The notes beneath the pieces were generated by a model. The model was not told the DNA's origin. It saw only the letters and a list, made by a program, of their open reading frames with translations, and ran no database searches. Shown one piece after another: positions 52,947-64,000 of a stretch of 64,000 nt of DNA (the first letter of the stretch is position 1; every line of letters begins with the position of its first letter). The translations under genes were made by a program, and so were the position numbers. This DNA comes from Bugula neritina (taxonomy: Eukaryota > Animalia > Bryozoa): the NCBI GenBank assembly GCA_964035545.1, contig OZ037770.1, positions 8,686,973 to 8,750,972 on the forward strand. Reading direction: 5' to 3'.

Positions 52947-53312
52947 CACTTTATGGCTGTTGATCTTTCAACTCGGTTCAACTCCACTGTATGCAATAGT
53001 TGGTACTCAGTTAGAGCACATGCCTGCTAGTTATTTAATTTGTAGTGTTGAGACAGTGGCTTTGCTGTGTTGGCATGTTCAATTAAGTGTAATTACAATT
53101 TTATGCTATGAGAATAACTAGACTACCCCAATGTACAACGTTTTCACACAAAATATTTCACTAAAAATATAGATATATGTCAGATAGATAAATTAAACTT
53201 GTAATATGAAATGCTTATGAAATGTGAATTAAAACAGTACACATTTTCTATTTGTATATAAATTTGTTGCTACTCAGAATGTAAACCTGACTGTTGAATT
53301 TAAATCCAATGG

Positions 53313-54144
53313 TTACTGCCCTCCCCTAATTTGATGAATCTTTCCAATATGATGAGGGTAGTCTACTTCTAAATCTCTAAATGCAGAGTGAAGAAGGATC
53401 GCTCTGTAATGTGGCGCCTGAAAAGGGTTTTCGGGATCATTTGACCTTTTAGGAGAACTCAACATGATCTTTTGAACATACATAGCTATTGGTTGAAGAA
53501 CTCCATCAGGAGAGTTGAGATACACAATTGATCCGCTGTCACCTTCTACCAGTTGACTACAACATTTAAATTTATTACATTATGTGCATCTAAAACAGTG
53601 AGAGCTTTTTGATCGCAGGCTACTGTTGACTTACTGACTTTAATAATAAAAGCATTTTGTTGCTCAGAAATCAATTATGTGGTTATTATTGTCTAACTAC
53701 AGGAACTATATCTAATGCTATTAATTTTTTCAAAATATTTGTGCCCAAATAATTGTTCCAAATAGAAAAAAGCTTCCTTTGTAATTGCTAGGGTTGTTAT
53801 ATTGATTGATTACCTTTGAGTTTCTAAACTAAACATTAATGTCCTGCCACGGGTCCCAACGCTATCTGATGCTGAGGTGTTGCCTGGGCTTGCCAGTGTA
53901 TGTCCTTCAAAATCTTTTACTTTTATATTGTAACGATTTTTGCATAAAGCATCTATCCAGCTAATTGAAAACCCTCCGAAAATGTCTCCGATATTTCTGG
54001 GAGTTGTTGTAGCCAAAGCATTCTGTAGAGATTCAGCCACCTTGCTGTTCTCAATCTGCAGGAGTGCAATGTCATTTGCAATCACATGGTAGCAAGTTTT
54101 ATTGTTTGTTTCTGAATGATGAAAGTTATTGGCAGAACAAGTGT
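53313..54144 (-). pseudogene. 5'-truncated duplicate of the protease domain (Asp and Ser segments only)
   Basis: NDIALLQI and VEGDSGSIVY exons align with 58274-59057. Homology stops at the duplication junction near 54144, so the catalytic His segment is missing. Confidence 0.88.
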
Positions 54145-55763
54145 ATTTTCTCTCTACTCATGCATTTTACTCTCACGCCTATATTGTTTGCTTAAATATA
54201 ATTCACTTGTTTGGTTCCTCACATAACCTCACAGTTTAATGCACCAGTCAATAGCACGCAACAATACTAACAATTTAGTAGTGCACAAAACTACAACAAA
54301 ATTCCACTAAACCCTAGGGCCTAGGACATAGCTTAGCGTATTGTAGATGATGCAACACTAAGGTAGCAGTGTATGTATAGGAGCTGTCACGTTTGATGCA
54401 CCATAAATTACCACACTACACATAAACTGTGTTTAACAACTATACCAAAAAATAAATTAAAAAAACGTACACATAAAATAAAAAATAATAAAATATCAAA
54501 AGTTGCCAATTTGCCCTTTATTATTTATATAAACTCGCGGCACAGCACGCGGCATCATGATGCCTCCCCCTCCCATTGGTATCTAAAGTCGCCACTCTGA
54601 GGCCGATCATTGCTAATACTATAACTATAGCAGTAGCATCGGTCTAGTGAAAAAGGAAAGTACGTTTAAAAGCTGCAAATCGGGGTTTATCGAGTGCAGT
54701 AGTCAGGATTTTATACGAGTGAACTGAAACCCGCACATTCGAGCGTGATAACCACTACCCTAACTAGGTGCTGCATTTAGCGATATCCCTCTAACCAGCG
54801 TAGTAGCAATGGGAATGTGTAAATTATAATATTTCTAGTCATTTCGCATACTATACTCTATACTCTATAGTATTAAAATTATATTGATAACTAAATAAAT
54901 AATAGAAATCACGAGTTTCTATAATATGCATAGTCATGATGATAATGATTGTCAACTTCAAGCGACTAAGGCTTCGAACAGTTCTAAGGTTGTACTTGCT
55001 GAACTTGATAGTCATAAATCATAATGATAATCAAAATCATAATCATTATAATAATGATTAAATTTAATGATGACATCACAATGCTATTATTATTATTATT
55101 ATGATAATCATTATGATAATCGAAATGATAATGAATAAAAATATTGTTTTGTTAGCAGGTAATTACCTAATATACTAATACTAATAGTAATAGTAATAGT
55201 AATAGTAGTAACACTAACTCACACATTGTTATTCCTATTGCACCTACAATTACTCATTAGACTTAGTATTGCACTAGTGCTAGTAGTAGTAGTATTTCAT
55301 TTACTAATACTAATAGTTATAGTATTACTAATAGTAATAGTTAAACTAATTATAAATCAAAATGTAACTTTAACTTATAGGTGTTTTATAGAAAAATCTG
55401 TTTTGAGCGTCACTATTAGTATTAAAAAATTAGCATTTTTGTTATCTACTGTCCCATATATTTACATTTTTGTTTCAGTTTAAATTTACTTCAACCTAAT
55501 TGTTATTATATTATCATTATAGCTTCCAATTTATCCGGTTAGGTTATTGGTGACTGAACGCTAAGTAAATGTTATATGACAGAGCCCTCATGGGTGCTAG
55601 ATCGGGTGCCGTTGGAGCTGATAGAACTAAAAATGAAATGCTTTTAGTGTTCAAATCACGATTATGGTAAAATACTGCTCGCAGTAAGTAATGACTAAAG
55701 CATTATATGATCACCCATTTACACTAGTAGGCTATGTAGTTTTGTAATTGTGTGTTTTTTCAG

Positions 55764-57127
55764 ATGGAGAAAAGCTTTCAGGAAGATTCAAATGATCAGG
55801 AAGTCAGCCCCATCTTTGTAAAAGTGGAACCGCCAACAGGTGAGTATTCTTATGTAAATTGCAGAAATTAATGCTTGCTGAATTGAAGTTGTAGTTTGAG
55901 TGACCATCAATTGTTATCTTAACAGACATCGAGATTAAGCTAGAACCTGTAGATGAGCTTGTAGAAGATCCTACAGAATATCATGCAGAAAATCGTTTAG
56001 TGAAAGTAGAGATACCAACAGGTTAGCATTTCTATTTGATGGCTAATTTCTTGAGTGATACAGAAATTAATATATGAATGTCTTAATCTTTCCTGACTCA
56101 TGAAATAGCACATGTTTCTTCACTAGGTGTTGAGATAAAGCTAGAACCTATAGAAGGACACGCAGGTGAATTTGCAGAACAACAGATATTAAGAGCTCAT
56201 GAAAAGGTAGCTTGCCAGTGTTTCCGGGTTGACTGTGACTTTATTATAAAATCCAACCTAGCTGTGCATATAGTAACTCACACAGATGAACACCTTTCCC
56301 AGTGTCCCAAATGTGACTATAAATGTGCTGACAAATTAAGCCTAGCTATGCATATGTCAACTCACACAGGACGAAAGCCTTTCCAGTGTTCCAAATGCAA
56401 ATATAGATGTAATCAAAAAGGTTACCTGTATAGGCATATATTAACTCACACAGGGGGAAAAATTTTCCAGTGTTCCACATGTAACTATAGATGTAACCGA
56501 AAATACAGCCTAGCTATGCATATGTCAACTCATACGGGAGAAAAGCCTTTCCAGTGTTCCATTTGTGACTATAAATGTACTATAAAATCCAAACTAGCCA
56601 GACACATGTTAACTCACACGAGTGAAAAACCTTTCCAGTGTTCTGTATGTGGCAATAGATTTAAGCGAAAATGCAGCCTAGCTACGCATATGCTAACTCA
56701 CACTGGAGAAAAGCCTTTCCAGTGTTCCGAATGTGACTATAAATGTGCTGCAAAATCCAGCCTAGCTAGACACATGTTAACTCACACAGGTGAAAAACCT
56801 TTCCAGTGTTCCAAATGTGACTATAAATGTGCTTTAAAATTCCACCTGGCTATGCATATGTCAACTCACACGGGAAAAAAGCCTTTCAAGTGTTCTAAAT
56901 GTGACTTTCGATTTAACCAAAAAAGCCACCTGGATAGACATATGTTTACTCACACGGGAGAAAAACCTTTCCAGTGTTCCAAATGTGACTATAGATGTAA
57001 CCGAAAAAGCCACCTGGATAGACATATGTTTACTCATACGGGTAAAAAGCCCTTCCATTGTCCCAAATGTGACTATAAATGCACTACCCAATGGCATTTA
57101 AATCGTCACATGACAGTTCATACATGA
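55764..57127 (+). CDS. Tandem C2H2 zinc-finger protein, copy 2 (10 fingers plus a degenerate lead finger)
   Basis: Exons 55764-55839, 55926-56021 and 56127-57127 are paralogous to copy 1. The stop arises from GGA>TGA just after the last finger. Confidence 0.92.
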
Positions 57128-58273
57128 GATAAATCTATAAAATGTAATAACTAAAGAAGTAAATTTAAATGTATAAGAATGTTGAAGAGCCATAGGCAAA
57201 GTGTACATACACAAACTCAACATGTATTTAAACTGTATTGTATGTAGCTATAGGTGTAGAAGCAAATCTGCCTTAAGCAAGCAGTTTGCATCTCCTACAT
57301 AGAACACTCTTTATGTCAAAATAGAACAAACTTGTAGTTGAAAAACTTTTGTTTGATCCACTATTTTATCTGCTGAACTCTCTGGTTTTACTGGTATGGT
57401 TATGTATACGTTTTGGTGTAATGTATTCAATTTCATCCCAAATCAAGTCAAATATAGTGATATATGTTAGCTCTACCAGTTGTCTATATTCTATTGAGTA
57501 TTCTATTTACTAGGTCGATTGTGTCTACATCAAACTTAATAATCTTATAATATAACTTTACAATTAACAGCCTAACTTACTATAGACTATTTTTCAATTA
57601 GCAATTAAGAGTTGTGCCCTCACAAAGTAAATTGAGCAAACTTTTTGATAAAGAACAAACTCATTGAAAATTCAAAGTCTGTCTGCTACAAAAAATCAAT
57701 GCTATAGCATTGTTCTTTTAGGGATTAACATTTATGTTCAAGCACACATATGTATTACCAGTTCCAAAAAAATTTAAAATATTTCTTCATGAAAAATTGT
57801 GAAAAAAATAATCTTGAAAGCTTTTCTGTGATTTCAGTTATTTAGCAATACTGAAGTGGCAGCTATGATATAAGGCTCATTAATCAGTCGTTGTGCTTCC
57901 TGTCACCACTTTAGGGCTGTTGATCTTTCAACTCGGTTCAACTCCACTGTATACAATAGTTGGTACTCAGTTAGAGCACACAGCCTGCTAGTTATTTAAT
58001 TTGTAGTGTTAGAGGCAGTGGCTTTGCTGTGTTGGCATGTTCAATTAAGTGTACTTACACTTTTATGCTATGAGAATAACTAGACTACCCCAATGTACAA
58101 CGTTTTCACCCAAAATATTTCACAAAAATATAGATATATGTCAGATAGATAAATTAAACTTGTAATATGAAATGCTTATGAAATGTGAATTAAAACAGTA
58201 CAAATTTTCTATTTGTATATAAATTTGTTGCTACTCAAAATGTAAACCTGACTGTTGAATTTAAATCCAATGG

Positions 58274-61200
58274 TTACTGTCCTCCCCTAATTTGATGAAT
58301 CTTTCCAATATGGTGAGGGTAGTCTGCTTCTAAGTCTCTAAATGCAGAGTGAAGAAGGATCGCTCTGTAATGTGGCGCCTGAAAAGGGTTTTCAGGATCA
58401 TTTGACCTTTTAGGAAACCTCAACATGATCTTTTGAACATACATAACTATTGGTCTAAGAACTCCATTAGCAGAGTTGAGATACACAATTGATCCGCTGT
58501 CACCTTCTACCAGTTGACTACAACATTTTAATTTATTACATTATGTGCATCTAAAACAGTGATAGCTTCACAGTCGAAAGCTACTGTTGACTTATCAATC
58601 AATTATGCGGGTATTATTGTCTAACTATATTAAATGCTAATTTTAAAAATATTTGTGCCCAAATAATTGTTCCGAATAGAAAAAGCTTCTTTTGTAATTG
58701 TTTGAGCTGTAATTTTGATTGATTACTTTTGATTCTTCAAACTAAACATTAATGTCCTGCTACGGGTCTCAAGGCTATCTGATGCTGAGGTGTTGCCTGA
58801 GCTTGCCAGTGTGTGTCCTTCAAAATCTTTTACTTTTATCCTGTAACGTATTTTGCATAAAGCATCTATCCAGTTAATTGAAAACCCTCCGAAAATGTCT
58901 CCAATATTTCTGGGAGTCGTTGCAGCCAAAGCGTCCTGTAGAGATTCAGCCACTTTGCTGTTCTCAATCTGAATGAGTGCAATGTCATTTGCAATCACAT
59001 GGTAGCACGTTTTATTGTTTGTTTCTAAACAACAGGAGTTATGGGCAGGACAAGTGTGTTTATGCAAGTAAATTACAGGACATCGACTTCCATCCAAAGA
59101 AATATGCGACCTTACTAGCCAATCTCTATAACAGATCAAAGCTGGAGGCTTCAAGCCAATGCGTTTTTGATCAATCTGTATGGAGTACATATGGCGGGAT
59201 GTAAATTGTTCTACTTCCATCCTGAGTTTTGCTATGATGGAACATTCTCCCTCAGCATTTATGACATCTGAGTAATCGTCAGCCACAACTTCATCAGGTT
59301 GTTGTAGGCTACCTTCATTTGTGGCCATAGCTTCAGAAAGCATGTTAATGAGATTTTGGCATGCCTCTGAGGCCCTCAAAAGTTGCTGATCTGTCAACAC
59401 CAGGTGGGCAGGTACAACTGCGAAGAAAAGCCACTCGTTGTTATTGTAGCTAGATCTGGATTTTGCTTTTACAAGAAGTTCACAGCTCGCTGTTTTTCCC
59501 ATAGTGCACCAATCACGTTTATCTCGATGCTTTATCTCTTTTTTTACACGTAGGGCATGGAACTCGTATTTAGTGTCATCTTCAGCGCGGATATCTACTG
59601 AAATCACAAAATCCTCAAACTTGTTTATGATATCTTCGAAAGAAACATCCTCATAGGTAGGATTGATGATTTTCAGCAAAATGTGTTTGTAGTTGTTAGG
59701 TGATTGCCAATTCGTTGCTAATTTCAGTTTCTTTTCCTGACAAAGTCTAAAATAAAAATTACAAAAATTATAAAATAAAAAATTACGACACCTCATTGAA
59801 GATCACCAATTTAAGCTATTCTTGCAAACTCTTACCCACTGACAAGTTCAACAAGCTTAGGGGGTATAGGCTTCCACCCCTCTTCGTGATAAACACATGA
59901 ATTGAGAAACTCCAAGGCAGTAGCCTCATCTTCCTCCCCACTCAGCTCTGGACTATCCTCTTTTGTTTCTTAAACAGTACAAAATATTAACACTATTCAT
60001 TAAAACAAATAATGATGCACTATTATTATACCAGCATTATAGGAACTACTTAATGGGTAATCAATTGCTGATGACTTAATTTCATATCATGGAATTTTAT
60101 TAGGGCTCAACGCAGTATAGTGAGGACCGAGTAGAGATTAGATATGACAATGTGAACTTTAAATTTATATCAAAGCAAGACCTGTTTAATATCACATAGG
60201 GCAGACAACATAATTGAATATTCAGAGCTAAAAAATCTTTAATACATTATAGTATAATGTATTATTTTTTAATACAATATAGTATAATGCAATATAAAAT
60301 AATATAATGTAGCATAATGTAACATAATATGATATAGTATAGTACAATATAAAATAATATATTAATATAGTATAATATGAAATATTACCATAATTATAGT
60401 AGATATATCACATAATGCAAAATAATGCAATATAATATAATATAATGTAACATAATATGTACTATGTAACACAATATAATGTAATATAATATACGTAGTA
60501 TAATCAATATAATATATGTGATATGCATATATGCCATAAGGCATAAACCCTGAAAGAATTAAGATAGCCTATATGGATATGTGTTATGAAGCTCCTCAAC
60601 GCATACATAAATAAAGAGCATGTGGTTAGTTAGTAGCTAAATGTGACTAGCTAGTGCCACTCTTACCAGACACCAGTGCAAATATTTGTTAAATAACATA
60701 ATTTAGCAAAAAAGTGCGTTATAGGAACACGCTGTATAAAAACTTTTCACTATAAGACACTATTTCTCAAAAAATGAGGCCTAATAAATAAGTTACAAAG
60801 CATTATTTTTTGTTTTTAGCACTGCCATAATTGTAATACTACGCCTGCACAGGACCACGGTGGTGAAAAGTGACCAAGGGTTGTAATGATTGTAATACTA
60901 AAAGCAAATTGGCAGCAGTAACCATAAAATACCAGAAGTAGCTGGCGGTTGAAGATGTACAGAACCAGTCATAGAGACGTTTTCAATATCAGAGTTTGGG
61001 GAGGCTGATCTATATGATGCAGTCATAGAACTTAGCCCACTATCTGTCCCTTCTGCAAGAAAATGAAACATATTGATATCTAGCGCGCATGTAAGGTGCA
61101 TACTTTTTGTATATGGCGGCTAGATTAGCTCAACAAATTACGGTTTAACTTACTATTCTAGGTTATACATTATAGTCAGCTCATTTGGCAGTAAGCGCTG

Positions 61201-63321
61201 ACTTTACAAGTTGCCTGTTTGACGAATAACAACAATTGTTCGTTGCAGGTTATTCGCATAAACGTTACTACATCAAAATTATTTTATAACTTTTATATGC
61301 ATCATATACCGAAATTATTGCCTGTGCTTTCAACTTTGCTAAATATACACAACTATTTTTTTCTTGTGTAGCAGTGAGTATATTAATTTGTGAACGTTTT
61401 ACATTTCATAACAATCACAATTCAATTTGTGAAAGACGTAAATAAAACTACATACCTACTAACATATTAAAGCCTAAAAAGCTTAAATATATATTTTCTA
61501 ATAATCATTCAATTGAAAAATTAAAAAAGACTAAGTTTCGCATCTAACTCACTCAACTCCGAGACTCTTAATGGTTCAAAACTATCCATTTGGAGTATAG
61601 AATCAGAATCTGCCAGGGTTGAATTCAAATCCTCCCCACCTGTTTTCAATTAGTCAAAATTATGATAAAGAGGATAGATTGTAAGTTTTGTAATGACTAA
61701 CTACAAGTATACTTTATTGCAAAAATTTTACTGCTGCGTTACTATAGTTATATTATAGGAATAAACAGTCAAAGAACTGCAATGTCAGTATTATCTCTAT
61801 GGATTAGGGCCTACAGCTACTTCCATATAGAGAATCCAAAAGTCTCCTACGCTTATGATTGTCAAAAATCAATATAAATTAATGGAAGAAATTGAATTAT
61901 ATATATGAGGTGTTATTTGCATGTTATTGATGGTTTTGTGTAATAAATTCTTTATCTCTGTGCGTATTCATAAAAATAATTTGATTATATATATACACCA
62001 ATAATATATCTATAGATATTGCCAGTGGTCATTAAATTATGGTATGTTAAGCCATGGTTTATAAAAATCTTTATTAATTGTTATATTATATATAAACATA
62101 TTTCTATTACCCAAACAAGACAATGCGGAGATAGGTAAGGTGAGAAAAATCTTTAAACATAATATTATATACAAATTTTGCTAATTTTTAACTATATTAT
62201 ATCTTAGCATGTATCAACTACATGATACTATGCTGAATCAATTTTTGGTGATGCATTAGGCAAACTAGACACACTATTTTAGCAAAATTATCAGCACATA
62301 TTATGTAGGTTAAAAGTTAGTTGAAATTGCTGTGTATGTAACATTACAATATAATAAGTAATTGATGATGTAAGTCGTAATTTTATTTTACCTGCTCTAT
62401 GATCAGTTTCTGTCATGTATTTTTGAATGAGAGAACCCATACTCCGTATACCACAGTGCTCGGCAATCTCAACTGGCTTCAAATGGTTAACATTTTTCAA
62501 TTCTAGTATTGCCTTTTGATCTCTTAAAGACAAGATCTTTAGCAAACACTCCATTTTGTCCACTTCATCGGTATAAGCCACACTGTGCACTGGCGAATTT
62601 GTAAAAGTTCTAACTTGTTTTCTGGTGATATCCTGCGGTTTATCATATTCATGAGCTCTGTAAAAAGACCACTGGAGCTGACATTTAGTGCAAGGTGCAC
62701 TACAGTCTGTCCAAGATTGTTTTGAGTTGCCAACAGAGGACAAAGTATTTCCGATGGATGCTCATCCATAAATGTTTTTAAAACTTTAGTGCTGCCTCTT
62801 TGTATGGCAACATGGAGCAAAGTATTACCTGCATGGCATTTGGCATTGTAGAGGTTAGTAAACTGCTTTTCCATGATAAAGTTGATGAAGAGCTTTAAAA
62901 CTTCTGATCTGTTGTAGTGAGCTGCGAAATGCAAAGGTGTATACCCAGAATAATTTTGGCTTCCTAAAAGTTCACGCATGTCTTCTGGTGGTAATAAGTC
63001 AATTATCTTCTGCAGTGTGTCAACCTTTGTATAAACAGTTGCCCAGTGTACCGGCGTGTTTCTCTCTCTATTCTGAGCCTTTAGCAGCTGATGTCTCATG
63101 TCACGATCCAAACAGAGTAAAATAGTAGACATTGTGTCTTCTTTTGACTTTTCTGCGGCTCTGTGTGCAGCTGAAGCACCTTCCTCATCTTGGGCAGTCA
63201 GTAGCTCCAGCTTCTGCTGCTGAGAAAGAGGGTCTAGTAATCTGTTTATAGCGTGTAGATCTTCCTCCATAACAGCCTTATACAAAACACTCTTGTCATT
63301 GGTAGACATGACAGCGGACAC
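58274..63321 (-). CDS. Ankyrin-repeat / trypsin-like serine protease fusion gene (frameshifted at about 62594 in this sequence)
   Basis: Phase-consistent exons 62392-63321, 61553-61639, 60933-61052, 59836-59968, 58727-59746 and 58274-58517. About 7-8 ANK repeats (TPVHWA, TPLHFAA, TLLHVAI), an acidic Ser-rich linker, then the triad motifs AVVPAHLV, NDIALIQI and EGDSGSIV. First ATG at 63309; further 5' exons are possible. Confidence 0.82.
60240..60535. repeat. Degenerate pentanucleotide (TATAA/TGTAA)n satellite in an intron
   Basis: Seen directly. Confidence 0.8.
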
Positions 63322-64000
63322 CTAACTACTAGTTTCAATCTTCTTATGTCAGTGTGATAGCATTGTGTGAAATTGGGCAAATTCCTTGCTACATCTTATA
63401 TTGATTGTATTATTGATTTATTAATTCAAGCGAGTAATCAATCTGAAAACTGTTTTCTTTTTATCCTTGAATAAATTTCTCAATATCACTCTCAAAGTAT
63501 TTTGCTAATTATGTGAGACTATAATTTCTTTAGCCTTATTTTTTAAACAAATAATTGCTTTGTTTGCTGGAAAAAAGAGTCTTAACCAGTATTAGATTAA
63601 CTCACTATACAAATATGAACAGCAATTCTATGCAACATTATATATGCATTAGGTTTGAATTGAAACTGCATAATAGAAACTATATAAACAATATAGTTTT
63701 ACAAATAAGGCCATATTGTAGTGAATTTTGCCAGTTCACTATTATTATGTGTGGGTCTACTTAAACAAAGCCATTGCACCAGGTTGCTAAGATAACTTTA
63801 TTATTTACACAAATACAAGAAGGTTATTTACTGCTAGCATGAATAGAAAACGATTACATAATTAGTGAGCTTTAATACACAACTACTCTAAATGAAGTCC
63901 CAAGCTGCTCTGCCGGCTAAATACTCAGCACACTGCAACTACGAGTAGCTAGCTCCACCTGCTATCAATTAGTGTGACTGTCCTGATTGGTGGTTACTAG

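Noticed and set aside
62575-62620. Programmed ribosomal frameshift joining the ANK ORFs
   Set aside because: No slippery heptamer, and about 6 codons of the repeat are physically missing, which fits a deletion.

Overview
This is AT-rich eukaryotic DNA with spliceosomal introns, from an animal and most likely an invertebrate; nothing prokaryotic was seen (no operon, CRISPR or rRNA). All gene models and alignments were made by eye. Left half (2.3-27.4 kb, minus strand): two intact, tandemly duplicated 15-exon genes for a divergent ACSF2-like adenylate-forming (ANL) enzyme of about 580 aa. Intron 1 of the second copy holds an intronless class A GPCR and a truncated 5' remnant of a second GPCR. 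Middle (28.9-46.3 kb): decayed Gypsy/Ty3 fragments on +, then a near-complete 10-kb Gypsy on - with LTRs, GTAT TSD and a tRNA-Leu PBS. That Gypsy carries an unusual accessory ORF after pol (C2H2 fingers, PxVxL, basic patch, coiled coil) and a nested hAT (Buster/SPIN-like) transposon. Right half: a tandem duplication of [C2H2 zinc-finger gene -> <- protease 3' end], with minisatellite-like finger shuffling and a 337-nt finger cassette identical between the paralogs. It ends with a six-exon gene fusing 39-aa ankyrin repeats to an apparently intracellular trypsin-like (His-Asp-Ser) protease, frameshifted in this haplotype. The best candidates for something new are the ankyrin-protease fusion, the retrotransposon accessory chromatin-factor-like ORF and the inter-paralog finger shuffling.
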